A stretch of DNA of 64,000 bases from Iphione sp. A-MEVVRFRX5 (taxonomy: Eukaryota): NCBI GenBank assembly GCA_976226885.1, contig OZ320319.1, forward strand, positions 33,170,001 to 33,234,000, written 5' to 3'. Positions 22,635-37,600 of the stretch are shown piece after piece (within the stretch, counting starts at the first letter, position 1; each line of letters starts with the position of its first letter). The translations under genes were made by a program, and so were the position numbers. The notes below the pieces were generated by a model, which ran no database searches, was not told the origin of the DNA, and saw only the letters and a program-made list of their open reading frames with translations.

Positions 22635-25600
22635 TGTCACAAGAATATTACTAACATCAAATCAGGTATGTGCTACACGCATATCGCATATTAAAAACTC
22701 AGCATCATGAATTTTGTCCCACCAAACAATGCAACTCTGAGATACTTTTGAAAAATCAAATGTAAGCACCAATTCATCAGTACAAATTCTAGTGTGATCA
22801 TGAATGTGATATTAGGTGAAAATATTTAGACAATTAGCTTATATAATATTCTTATGTTCATTATCTTAGGTTGATTGTATTACCTTTTCGAGCCTGGTAT
22901 TATCTGTTTTACATGGGTCCATAAATGGCAATGCGTACATCATTTGCCAGAACCAACAACAGCTGTGAACAGCTCGTGCTATGGCTAGCATGCATCTTTC
23001 TACTTGAAAATGTTATCTTTATCGAATAATGCGTAGCATTCTCCATCGTTTTTACTTCAGTTTGGAGTGAATACAGCAGTCACTTTGTAGATTATGGCCT
23101 TAGATACAGACTGGGAACAGCACAAGTAGACAATGGCGTTAGTTGGCAGTGACGGGGGCTGGTTAAGGACAGCGCTGATTAAGGCAAATATCGGTAATAG
23201 TGCCTATCATCCTGTTCCTGTTTGTGCACAGAAACATCGGCATCTGATACTGGATCAAAGATGATCTGGAGTGTGAATCGAATAAGGCTGATGGTAGTAC
23301 TGATATTCGCCCAATGTTTCACTGATTAATCCATGATCGTAGTGATTGTTCGCTCAGTAACCGATGGGATATTGTTGCAGTTGGTTTTTGATAGTTATAC
23401 GAGAACTATCAGATAGTTAAACGACTCCACACAACAGGCATTACTTCTTTACAAACATGTGTAGCATGGTAATATGACAATTTTATAGGATGATTAAATG
23501 TATCAATCGCATGTACATGATAAGTGTCGATTTAAAGGTGGGCAGTATATTTTGGATTTGGATATATTAATAAACAGACTCTGACATTAGAATACGTGTG
23601 TTTCATATGTGCACATGTATCAAAGAATGACAGCTGTCGATTCCCGCTGAAAATAGATCTGCAAGGGATTTCTCTAAAAAGCTATAAAAGAGGACTGTAC
23701 CTCCTTACTGAAACATACTCATGCCTTATTTTCTTCGACTCCATACCGCTAACTTAAAATGCCCATGTGCATGTTGGGTACATTCATTTCAACATAAGTA
23801 ATGGTTTGCTTGAAAAAAGGCGAATTAACTATCACTCCGCCCTATACATATACAATACTTTCTACTCAGCTGAATGTACTTTGAAACGGGAAGCACGATA
23901 TCGGCACAAAGGCCAAGAGAAACTGCCACGTCCCAATATAGAAAGACAGGATATCACATACAGCTAGACCTTTGCAGATGTGAAATACTGTCCCGGAAGT
24001 GTAAGGTCAGGAGGGGAAAAAGGTCCCATTGATGTGGCTTCAATAATGTGTACCTATTGAAACAGTGAAATCTATTGCGTTGATTAGTAAAGAGATTCTG
24101 CATAACTGCCAACAACAAACAACTATGACACTGCATGCATTATTAATAATGGAGATATAATGCTCGTCCTAGAACATGCAAGGTAAAGCTAGTCCTTTAT
24201 TTAAAATGCATATAAATATACATACAAAAGATGCAGTATATAATATAGACATGAACACCGTCTGGCTTTTACCGGGCCATTATATTTTTTTAACACGATG
24301 AGTTTGCTACGCACAGCATGGTCATGCTTTCAATATGCTATGTTTGTCAGGTAGATGGCACGGTGCAGACCGTTTAACTGATGACACACCCGCAAAGGAA
24401 ACAATCGAGTATTTCAAGGAAGCGACGTTGGTTTCACGTATCAAAGAGGGACAAACGGATAGTCGTTATATATTAATTAAATATCTAGTATGTTTTCAAA
24501 TTTCCCTCTAATCCACATGGAAAGAAAGGAAAGTGAGACAGTATAGCCAATTTCATCACGGGCTTATCAAACTGTTGATCTTCTTCGTTTCCAAAAAGAT
24601 TGCTTATAAATAGTTGACTTTCAAGTCACATTGACTTGAATAATTTAGAATCAGTGGCACTATGGTGGGTGAACCTGTATCATGAATGGTAAAATATTGG
24701 AACTTAACGAAGAATGGACATTAGTTCTAGTCAGTTTTTTTTATTATCTGGAGTTCTCCGTGATTTCTATATCACTTTTTTAACTGACGATGGTGCATTT
24801 TTCCTCTGTAACATGGCTAATATCGTGATGACGAGTAAATCTATTTACGATACAATGAAGTATGGCCTTTATCTCAAGGTAAACAAAGAAAAGTCCGAAG
24901 GAAGAAAACACAAAATGGGACGAGTTCAGTTTAATATAAAAATATCTACCTATCTTCCGCTATCAGGTTAGTGTATTTTGCTGAACGGAAACAGTCTGTT
25001 CCTGTTGACTGCACATGACATAACTATTCAAAGCTTGCATTTCCAACGCCTGAGGTGTGTGCAAGCGGTTTCCTTACTGTAGCTGGAAATCATACGGTCG
25101 CAGTCTTCCTCGTTTTCTGCCGCGTCATGAACACATTCCTGCAAACTGTAACACTCAATGATGCGTAGATAATTGTGTCTTTTACAGCGCCATATTACAT
25201 AACTGCAAAACCGATTAGAAGGTACGTGCTGTGAAGGCCCTAATACTCAGTGAACAATTATACAAACATGTACGTGTACACCGTTTCTCCCCACTGGATG
25301 GGAATGCTGTCCGCTAGTCATCCTTATTCAGGCATCATATATCATCCTTATCACTCTCTGACCATTTATTATGTAAATACATTGTGCCGAAGCCGGAAGT
25401 ACGTTGCACCGCTTTTATGTCTGGGACGGGGCTAAAAACGGATTCATTTAATAAATCTTAAACGCAAGACAGGCGTTTCAAGATATACGATTATCCTTAT
25501 CCATTCCTGTCGAATAATGCACAATCCTTGATACCTATCACTTGTGCAAATAACATCTTTTCCCATGCCTCTCTTTGTTAAGGACGCTGCTTCAGCATGA

Positions 25601-28600
25601 GAAGAGATGCATATTGATTGGTACTGAGTAGCCGATCCCCACTCAATATTGGATTAGTTCAGTGAATAGTACTGAACAGTAGCAGGCGAAAGCACTGGTA
25701 AGTGAGAAGGTAAAATTTGGGGAGGATCTTGAGCCGGGGGCGGGGGAAAGTGGGGGTGAGCTGGATATCTTTGTCCGTGCACGCTGGAGGAGGAGGAGGA
25801 CATGGCGACCATGAGCTGGAGTACGTCTTCACTGGGCCCTCGTAGTGCTTCAAGCAAAACCGTGGAGGAATCGTTACTTCCGCCCGCCTGTGAAATGAAT
25901 CCTAAAGGGGAGTAAAGGCAAAGCCAAGGGCTCTTCACTGTCTAGTCTGTGGAGGCGCACTCTGTACATGGACTGAACATCTCATTGACTCTAACACAGG
26001 GGTGACAGCTGATCGATATAATTTCCCCCCCCCACATATTTTTAACCTGCGCCGTTACGACATTACTTTACATAAGCACATGTCAACTCACCAGAAAAGG
26101 TGCCTGTCAGTACCAGTGTTAAGAAACCGGTTACCAGATCGTATATTAACGCCCTTCTCTGCCCATTTAAATAATTATTTATTTGCCAAGCTTTGATTAA
26201 GGGCCACATTGTATTTTTTTAATTTGGAGGAAGTGTCTATAGAGAAAGAACCAATATACTACAGACCCGTCAGGAACTTCGGTGATTTAATCAACGAAAC
26301 TGCCATGTTTCCCAAAATTCGTTTAACTCGGGGCAACCTATCTCTCCAGAAATCAGGACGTAATGAGGAAGTATTGAATTCGCCAGGGAACAACTGTGCA
26401 CTGCGGCAGCATATGTTCGTCATTCCCAAATTCCGATTCTGAGCACTGGGTTCCACCTCGACGAATAGCCCTATCATTAACCGACCAGTCTGAAGCCAAT
26501 GTGGAAGCCACCGAGTCATTGTAAAGCTTCACAAGCAGTGATTAGACCGACAGGACCCACTTACCGTAGAGGTGCGTTTACACGGAAAATGTATCGGTAG
26601 ACTATGAAGAGACCGCCCATCCCTTCCGACGGGCGGCATGGCCGTCCACAACGCCGTTACGCAGAATTGAGTTGGAGAAAAAACTGTCGTCCAGCGGTCG
26701 AAGACTACCGATCCTACAGCGAGACCATATTTGCCGCCAGCTTGCGTTAATAAGCTTCAAGGTCGCCCTACTAGATTTTTGTCAGCACCGATTCCACATC
26801 CCATCCAGTAGGTTGGGAGAGGCTCCTTCAACGACCAATAAAGCTGAAGAACCACTTTTCATGATTTAATTTCTGGGTTTGTCAACGATTTCGGAGAGCA
26901 GGGTCAGCACGATCTCCCTTTTCATGCTTGGAGTGCCAAAAATGCCCTATAGAAAAGAAAGCAGCGGAACGTAATGATTTTTTGTTTTGGTACTTCGGTA
27001 AAATTTGAAAATCACATCATGAAGTCACGCAATCACGATGCAAGATAATTTGGATGTTAATCATATTATCCTCCTTAGAAAGCAACTGTTGTTTTATAAA
27101 GAAAAGGCGTCAATACTTCTTCTATAAAATTAATGCATAGGGATATGCATGATAACTTTTCAAATATTGGCAGGTTTAACTTCGAATCATTCATCAAATA
27201 GAAAGTAGATCTGTATTTCTTCATCTGTTTACAATGGAATCTCTCTAATACGTACGGCAAGGAAAGTGTCAAAAACTGTCCATTGACAGGGTTGTATGGA
27301 TAGCAGGAATATTTTAGCATGGGTTTACTGACGTGGTTCTGTCTATCATTTGTCAATAATGTGCGACGTCCTCATTAGAAGGGTTCCGGATTGAAGGATT
27401 CCACTCTAGATTATCCTAAAATAATGCCTATGTCAGATTGACAGTTTGTGAAACTTAGCTATGAAACGTTTGGTGAAGCTCTTGTTTTAACCTGTACTAA
27501 TAGATACACAATGTAGCATTCATAATATTAGTTTGGCCCATGTATCTATGAGAGCATTTTTAAGCATTCATCATCTGCTCAGTCATTTTATAACATCTAT
27601 ATGTGAGGCCATAATGTATTCTTGAAGTGCAAGTATTTGCCATGAAAAAGTTCCGCATACAACTGCCAAAGTGTCTAGCCCCAGTTCTCTTAGGAGGAAA
27701 ACAACGTCGATGCTATCGACATATCTTGTTTGGTATGAAGGCAATTTCATGAAGCTCTATCTTTTAATGCCAGACGAAATTATGACCGCAAAAACTCATA
27801 AGAGTCCCAACCAGCAACAACTTTGAAGCTGTCTTCACTGCACGACCGAATGGTTTACGTCATAATCTCTCCTCGGGGACTGACCAATATCACCACTGAG
27901 AAATTCACGAAATGAAAGAGCCATTAAAAAAACGCTGATTTTGGCATCTCAATATAGTGGAAAAATTGTTAGGAATTACGGATGCCCGCATTCTAGAGGA
28001 TTCACTACATTTAATCCTGTAAAATAAAGTTTGGCTAGAGGAAATAAGGTGTATTGCATGCGCACATGGAGATCATTATGTACTACTTTAATAATGTGGC
28101 TCACCTATCTTCTCATGCAAGTATCCACTCGTTTTATAATAAATTAAAAGAACCATACGCGTTCTTTTCATGTTTATGGTGTGACCTGAACACACGAGGC
28201 ACCAATCATTCTGTACCGGACCAGCTGTGAATGAAGGAACCGAGATTGTCGAATTCTTCATACCGCGACGGTCGCTATCTTTTGAAACACATCAGAAGCA
28301 CTCGAGGCAAGATATCACACATTCCCTATCAAAGGCACAAAGCCCTGGCGTTGATGGATCGTTTGTCCTTAACAGCAGACCTAGCCACACGAGAAGAGCC
28401 GTTCGGGTCTATCCCCAGCAGATTAGGCGGCGGGAGACACCATCTCCCCAATGGTTTCGTGCTGTTGTTGATGTTTTAATACATTTTAATGAATATCAAG
28501 TACGTCGAGTCAGCGAGACGGTCTGGGAATTGTCACCGCGATCCCACTGGTGTCTAGCTCGCTCATTAGGTTGTCGCACCACCCCACCTCATCGTAGACA

Positions 28601-31600
28601 GCGTCCATACAGGTGATTAGTTGTTTGTCGATTTTTTGTGGTATTATTTCCCCTTGAACGTACATGCAGGGGTCGCGCCACGTAGTTTGTGATAGATTAG
28701 AATCCTTAAAGAACACTTTGTATAGCTATGCCGTTGGGAATATGTGTTCGATATACCTCGGCGTGAGATATATTGACGTAGATTTTACATTTTTCTAAAT
28801 GGAAGCTCTTCTATCCGGCTTATGGAATAAAAGGCTCTTCTATTGAGACATTTTGCATCAGATACTAAAATATCATACAGATTTTCTATGCTAGAGCACT
28901 GAATGAGAGAAGAGATATCAAAATTTTGACGATAATGAATACTCCATATTACAGAGGTGAACTGATTACATCTATGAATGCAAAAAAAATCACTAGGGTG
29001 GACCGTGAGCTAAACTATATTTCATGGACCGAAGCTTGCATTATTCAAGAGTTACGCTAACACCAATGGGCTATACCTTTGTGGGAAAACAGTCTCATGT
29101 TTGTTACAGTGTATATAAAACCAATTCACATAATATACACAATTGACTATACTGTATACTCCTTGTAGGCGTCGAGCCAGATCTGCGAACCGACTTTCGA
29201 TCTTTCAATATAGTTTGTACGATGAATGACAATTGACTCCATCTACTGTCAAAAGACTATTGCTAAGGGAATCATTATACTACGAAGGATTCCTTGTCAG
29301 CATCTCATATAGGAACAAACAATTGAAAAAGATAACATACATATGTACTTTGCAATCTGATCGAGCATTATTTTTTCCTCAACGGATATAACATTTATTG
29401 TTTTACACATGGCTAGTCTAGTGCATAACCCTGCGTGTGATTACTCAGAATCACTCATTGGACCTTCCTGCCCATTTCAACAAATTCAGATAGCGTCTAG
29501 AATTGCCACACGTGAAAACCAACTCACGTAATTGTATTGCCGGGTGACAAGTACTTCGTGCATAAAAAAATTAACGAATAATTAAGTCGTGTAAAGATTG
29601 CCTTTTCAAGCAATTATATCAACTCTCAGTTCTATTAATGGTGTTGTTATCCTCGTGAAATACAAGAACGGAAGATTATTTTCTCGTCACTTTTATTGTA
29701 ATTGTTACCTAGTTCTCTCGATAGTCTTCTGGATGATTAGTTATTCGCATTATTAGAACGCTAATTCAGTTCAATTCAATTCAACACGTTTATTGAGCAA
29801 ATAGTGACACCACCACGGGTGTTTTTTACAACCATCACTCAGCCCATTCAACAAAAACATTATTTATTTTGGCTGATACTACATTGTCCATGAATTTGTG
29901 GATAGATATTGTGCTTTTGTTCTTGTATTATCTCCTGGTCGACCTTTAAATATATATTCCAAGTCTACCCAGTGTTTGCATATTACTTGCCGTCTCTGTA
30001 ATATACAGTTCTCAGTAAAAGCCTCCCTCCAATATCCGGCTTGATGACCGTTACAAGGAAACGTGACATTCGGACTACATTCAATGTTCATGTTCCCATC
30101 TAATTAACGGACAGTTTGCTTGCTCTAAATCAAATATAGGCAGGTAGTGTTTGTCAAATATGTGACTCGTCGGACCTCATGAGAAGTTAATCTGTTTTCT
30201 ATTTTTTTTTAAAAAATGCATGCTCGAAATGTATGCACCTATACATGTACAGACCAATTAATTCAAACCGCAGGCCTTTCAGTGGAACGATCAGCAGGTT
30301 CAATCATGATCGAGCAACTCAGTGGTGTGTACGGAGAGGTTCTGTGTAAATTCCATTTAACATGAGTCGTTTCACATACAGACACTCTATTATCTATTAC
30401 CGACAGGCAATCCTTCGTATGAAACGACTCGAGGTGATATAAACTCCAAAATGAAGGTGAAGAAATCTCCTACGATTGACCCCTAATACCCCGCCGGATA
30501 TAATCGTCTTAACACAGTCTCTATTACACAAACTCCCTTTATGAGCTTTTGGACAAAAGCTGGATAATCGACCCATAGTAAATAAGACAGAAATTAAAAA
30601 GTGGGGTAAACTTGGATGCCTCAAATAGGATCAACCTTATTGATAAGGGTTTGCGTACTAGTTAAAAAGAACGTTTCATATGACGTTAACAGAATATGGT
30701 CGCTGTTAAGTTTTGAAGAGAGTTGGGCAACAATTGCCCACCTGGCTCTCATAACTATTAAATATCTGCCAACAGGTTTCATCTTCCTGGACGATGTTGT
30801 ATGTAATTCACGTCGGAATTACACGTATTTACACTCTCTTAAAGATCTATCTTGTCTATTGACACTGTCTCCTACATACACATCTTTTGCTTGGTCTGGT
30901 TATTTGCAATGTCCAAAATAAATCCCCGTATTTCCTGTTTCCTGGATCACGGTGTGTCTTTTTTATGCTTAGACGGTCTCACGTTTTGGCCATATGCTCT
31001 CAAAGTACAATTTTATGCACCAGTGATTTCAGATCAAACATGACAGTCGTTCCAACATTCTATTATAAATAAAGTATTAAAAAGTCTTCTCTCCTGGAAG
31101 GAGAGCTTCCTCTTTGTACTGCGGCATTCGACTAAGTTTGCTATTTGTTCTCACCAATGGAGTTCATATATTTGTATAACTTACAATCAATATCCCATCG
31201 CAATAAGGTATGGTTTCATACCTAAAGAGACATTAAATATACTTACATCTCGTTGTTTATTCCCATTTATATCATAAATATTGTTAATTTCCCATTTGCA
31301 GTTATCCTATTCCCAAAGAGTCTCTCTCTCTGAATCTAAATCTGTTCATATTGCATTGTCTAATCTCTTTTCTCTATATGCCTATTGTATGAATGTTTGT
31401 TTTATCCCCCCCTTACTCAATGACAGAATAATACATGGTTGTGGTATGAGCTGCGTCTACTTTTTAACTTTTCTAGTATTTTCCAATCGCTGCGAAGCTT
31501 CACGCTTAGGTGCCGGAATCAGCTTGTCATTCATTCGAGGTCTCCTTTTTATGTCAATATCATTTACCATTCCTTAAATCTCTTCTCTGAGACTTATCAG

Positions 31601-34600
31601 TAATTTGGAGAATTTATATTCGAATGAAGTCATTTTCTGTTTGCTGTTGCCCCAGACGAAGCCACACGCTCTGGTATTTATTTTCCAGTAGTTATTTGTT
31701 GCCATCACGTGGATTATGCACGACAGGCAGCAGACGAAGCAATCATATTCAATCTAGAGAAGACCTGATCCAGTGAGGCTTGCCTAGTTTCCTTCGGATA
31801 CTACGGTCAGCCTACCTGGTGAGCCTGCCGCGGGCAATCAGTGGCAGATCGTCCCCCATGAGATCCGAGCACGTCCACTCGTATTGTCCAATGAATGACG
31901 CCCAGACAGCCATTGCCCCGAATCCGTAGCCATTGGGTCGTTTCATTGGCCGCAGACTATATCCTAGTTGGTTAATGACATGGCTTGCTACAGCTGTTTC
32001 AGTCTATTACACTACATTTAATTAAGGAGGGTATAATTTGCAGTTCGCTCTTTTAATAGAAGCAGGTGATAGACGTATGGACCCTGCACGGACTTATCCG
32101 TCATTGTACTAGGTTTTTTTTCAATTGTATTAAATGTTTATGATGAATTCGGTGGGGGGAGGGGTGACAGTCACTTTGGATGGTAGTAAAATCCTTCTTT
32201 TCGAATCTATCATACATTTGTATCTGCCATGCAGACAACCATTCAAGAAGGGGCAGTTATTCTGTTAAAACACTACCTTACCTATATTATATATAGGTAA
32301 TATGTCAAGTATCAGTTAAGAAAATGTTAACAAAGCTTCAATCATCTATCCCCTTGATGAAACCGACCTCGATGGACACCGAATCTGTTTGAAACTGGAT
32401 CCGTAGGCCTCCTCTCAACAAGCTGCATGCTCCCGGAGGGACCAAAAACCACCCAGTCCAATAGGAATAAATTCATAACTCCCGCGCAATAAGCGTAGGC
32501 TTGCACCCGGGTTTCCCGTAAGTTATTTTATTGATGGTGGTATTATAGTTGATAAGGTCGCAACATACCAGTGACCAATATATTACGACATGCTAAGGTT
32601 GGCCTGAACTGACATGTGTCTTCGATGTGTCAAATGTGCATTAAGCATGGCTGGAGTGATCAGGCGTAACTTGGAATATAAGGGCTGGCCACGTCTACCT
32701 TTGACCATGCTCCTCTTGCGACCTGTTCCGTCCTGTACGGTTTGCTCCTGAGTTGCTCCCAGCATCACTTTAGAACAAGAAGTGGACCGCATAGATTCAC
32801 ACGTCCCAACTGCACAGATGACAATTTCAGAGGTGTGAACACTTTTTAAGTCCAAATCAACTTGTGGACAGCCAGTATTGGAAAGCTAGGAGTTTACTGT
32901 GTGAATTTCAAGATGGTAACCATGGTAGCAGGATGGATTATTGGGAACTTCTACCGACGCAGAGGGAAAGGTACGTTTTTTTTACAGTATTTATGTAAAG
33001 ACGAAAGGGATTTTCCCCCCATCGAAGGTTGAAAAAGATCCCGATAACTTATTAAAACTGACTGTACGCGAAAGTGTTCAATCATAAATGAGAATTTTTT
33101 TCATGTACGCCTGGGAACTTTTTTTGGCTTAGGAACGAGAACTAGTTTTTATTTATTTCACCAAACCAGGAAGGAACAGATTTAACATCCTGTTTTAAAA
33201 TGTTAGACAGGCTGCTTTCCTGGCTGCAGGCGCAGGGGAGCTGTATGCGATTCCCAGTTGTCACATGCTGAATAACTCACCCATACCGCTTGGCGGTTAC
33301 TTCCCGCCGTAGCCACATGTTTGCCCAAGCTATCCCACGAAAAAATATCACCACCGTCCTTCAGAGTGTTACCCCAACAGCTGGAGCATCTGGTGGTAAG
33401 GGGAATACGATGTCGCATGAGCATAGTGGATACCAACCTGATCATATTGATTTTTTCTTTATTTTGAAAAATTACATCCGAGTTTTTTTTCAAACGATTT
33501 CCAGGACGGTCCCATAGAGATTATCGCAATTTCTTTCAAATCGTAAAACTTTCGAGACGGAAGGAATATTGTATTAAACGTTTCCGGAAAGCAACTTTCT
33601 TTTTCCACAAAATGTAATGGAAACTTAATTACGCTGCTGTTGTATGTACTCTTAACGGCTTGTGATTTGGGGGGGGGGAGAGTGTTGAATGAATTTTCTG
33701 CGTCTTTGTCCGACTATTCCTGGTCGCTGTCAAAAAGGGCGGGGTAGCAGCAAACGTCTGGACATTTATTGTTTCACCTTATGACCTTTTTTCCTCTTGC
33801 TTACCCGAATGTCAAGCTTGTAGCAATGCATCTAGCAGGAGTCACCCTTACACTCAGCATGTAGCGACACAACTCCATGTATTTACTACACGACAGAATA
33901 CGTATGGCAACAATTTCTCGTCGGATACATTCGATTTGAGGTTGAAGAAAAACGATCATTTTTCCTTTGTAATTTATGCTAAGTGTAGAAAACCGCTATG
34001 CCTTCAAGTACTTGCAGATCTGTGCACTCACATACATCCCAAGATGCCACGGCAGATACACAATGTATGTATTGCTGTAACTTCTAGGAAACCTCGTTTT
34101 TTTTCCCAGAGCAGTTTTATGCAGTTCAGTTGCCAAATACATATACCGTCTATTCAAAGGTATAGAACACTGGATAGATGATATGCGAAGATGTTGATCA
34201 TCTGTCACTCATATCCTTGTATTATAAATGAATAAAGTAAAATTGCTGCCACTTAGTTTACAGTGCCACGCATGGAGTCCGTTTCATTTCAAACCAAATA
34301 AGGATTATAATGATAATAAAAACATTAGACATCAACGCAGAAACATTTGTTCTTTGTCCAACAATGACCTATGAAGGTGTATAGTGTTGGAGTACAGAAG
34401 AGAAAATTGTCGTCTGAGAGATGTGGAAAGTTCTATCGTGTGTAATAAGTCCTTGTCTAACTGCTAATGACTCTTTTGCATTGTCTCTTGGTTGTTCTTA
34501 CTGAATCTACAGTTGTTTGCTGTCGGTTGTTTGGGAGCAGCTGAGCTACTCACAACGACCACACCCGAACCTTTGTAGATGATAAGAATGTAACGCTTGG

Positions 34601-37600
34601 ATCTCGGCTCTGTTGGCTCAGCACACACAACGACACAGGTGCTCAAGTTTCATATTTTAAGAATCGGTTTGCTTGGCAACAGGGTGATTGACATACCAGT
34701 GAACATATAACATGGCGGCGACACTGTGCTACAAGACGTTACATTCGAACCTCAGATGTGATTCCATCAATTGGGCAAATATGATGAGGTTAAAATATCC
34801 GGAGTGATGAATAGAGGCCTTCTCATATTGACGCTAGCCTCTGGCAATAAGCGAGATTTGAAATATGAAAGACTTTCTCACAGCAGATTTATTTCCCCTA
34901 GATATGGAATATTTACCACCAGTATAGTTGGCGCATTGTTAATTGTACTGTGCCCTAGTTTATATTATTCTTTCCATGTTACTTGAATATTTCCAAAACA
35001 ATCGATTGTTCGCACCAGTTGCCACTAGCAGGCAGGTGATGCCTTTATGATATATACACGGTCATGTAAATTAATAGTGAAAATGATACTGATTTACTAG
35101 CTAGAATGAATACTCCACTATAAGCTAGTATGAAGAAGCCCGAAAAAATCAAAATTTCATTGCACATTGACATAGATCGGGGTATCCGCCGAAGGGCACC
35201 GTGAATAAACTCCATTACACATTGCGATCGGACTCATCTTGCACGCAGGATATACAAAAGCTAGCTTTGTGCGGAGGTGAGCGGGTCTATTTTTTAACCA
35301 GCAGCTGTTTCTGGTGTTGGGCAGGAGCTCGACGTGACGTCACAATAGTTTAATAGGCGGCGTTGACGAGAAACGGGTCGCTCAGCGCTGTGTCCCACCC
35401 GACTAGCGTGGATTATCACTGTACAAAGATACCAAACCCTCCTAATACTGCAACCACCCGTGCCACTGTGCCGGCTGTCCCGGTTTGAATGCGGAGTCAT
35501 GTAAGGAGCTAGTGGCTTCAATTTTCAGCCTATTGCTTCTGGGTATACGTTGTGCTCTTTACGTGTGGTGTCATCGTGACACCGGTAATTCCGCATGTAT
35601 TCTATGAACCTGTTTTATTAGTTGTCTGTTTAACTTTAGAGAAGGGTTCAACAGGTGTGCTTTTCGAAAGCAGTTAATATTTTCGTTGTGTGTATTTGCA
35701 ATAGTTAACTAGTGATAGGTTGCTTCCGGAAGTGTTTTAGTACTTTATAGGAAATGTTGTGGTACTCTAAATATGTAATCTGATATGATGTTGTGCTTTC
35801 ATATAATTTCTCTATCTATCGCGCTAATGCTAGAAAGAAATGATCTGAACTAGCTTTAGCCTCATTTATCTAAATATTTTCCACTATAGCCACATGTACA
35901 TCTATTGTATTTATAAGGCATATTGGTTAAGACATGTAATAATTCAATTGACGTTGTAACAGATACACTTGTTAAAAAAAAATTGCATCATACCAACTGA
36001 TCTAATATATTTATCCTTCTTTCTTCCTCATAACTGGATTTCCATAACAGGAGGTAGGTGAAACTATTATGTCGTTGTCTTGTCTAACGTCTGTCCTACA
36101 TGTGCTGGCATATTTTACTAAACAATTTAGGAAACAATAACATCAATGAGATCATTCGAAAAAAGACACATTACTCTATGATCACCCAAAACATGTTAAT
36201 TTAACATACATAAGAACAAGATTAACCTAATAACTTCCAAAAGTTGCTAAAACTAATATATTCAGGAAGAATTACCATTAACAATTGAAAGCGTTTTGAT
36301 GTCATATTTAGATTTAAATAAACAAACATAGACAATAACTGTAATGTAACCAAATATAGTAAGATCACAGTTCCTTTCCACGTTCCTCTTGATGCATGTA
36401 TACATACATTTTTAGAAGCATCTATGATATGGTAAGTCCAAAATATCACGTGAAATATTGTTTGTAAAAATTATCGATCGATTGGTATCTGTTAGAACTA
36501 ATAATGTGATATTTGTAGAATTAACAAGGGTTTTAAGAAGATGACGCCAGTAAATACTGTTGTGTGGGACGGGAATTCCAAATAATGCGAATACATACAT
36601 GTAGTACGTGGACATCACTGAACGGGAATTTAAGCGTCAAATAAACATGCCCTTGTAGAGCATGAAGTAAGACTGTATGTGGTATTGTAGAAATCAATGA
36701 TTACATTCGATGGATTAATATAGTAACTAAGAGACTAATGAAATAGATACATTAGAATTGAAGGAGGCATTATCACCCCTACTAAATACGGTTATACGAT
36801 TCTTGTTTTCAACGTTAAGGAGCTTGACACAGTCACATGTTCCTTGCTTGACAATCACCAACACGTTGCTTGCAAAGGGAAACGCAGTTCGATTTCTTGT
36901 TTCTTACATTTCACATAAAGAAAGGTCCAATAGATATATTTTCTCAGTGATATCAGATTTCATTATTAAAGAATTCAAGATCATCTACCCCTGCTGTTGT
37001 GATTATGTAATTCGTCGTCAGGTGGTGTTGTGTGTGAGATCTGGGGGGTAGAGGGCCGTAAGTACAGAAATAACTTATCAATTAGGATGAGTCATACATC
37101 GACTGACCTGCTACCCGAAAGGACTTTTACACTGCTATCAACCAGTTTCAACATATTCCTGAGGAATGTGATCTTTGAAGAATCTGAATAATTGAATAAT
37201 ACTCTCTTCGGTCTAATTTATCAGGAAACTAGGATTTCATTTTAGATATTTACCCAACAATCATTAGTCACCTTAAAAAGGTTTCCCTCAGGAAATTATT
37301 TCCTCCACTTATCTATGAATGATCAACTACCCCACTGAGAATGGTCTGGGCAAGATGGAATGCATGATGATAGGTAAAAACGCTGTAGACATGCTACATC
37401 ATAAGTATTTTTGAAAAAAAGACTGTTTACGACGGTTTAGCACTAAATCGGCCAAACTAGTAGTGAAATGAGCATCAGGATAAAATATAACAATATATAT
37501 ATATCCATACGAACAGCATTATTTTGATTATTACCTGTTCCGCGGCAAAAGGGCACTCAAAGGGCCAATATAGTTGGGTAAAACCGCCACTGTATAGGAA

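Noticed and set aside
26200-26900. Possible YR (Crypton) or ankyrin fragment
   Set aside because: The motifs are incomplete and fall in different frames, and no catalytic set is present.
35330-35740. CRE (TGACGTCA) and ETS (CCGGAAGT-like) motifs suggesting a promoter; another CRE near 45180
   Set aside because: Short motifs like these occur by chance and no linked gene was identified.
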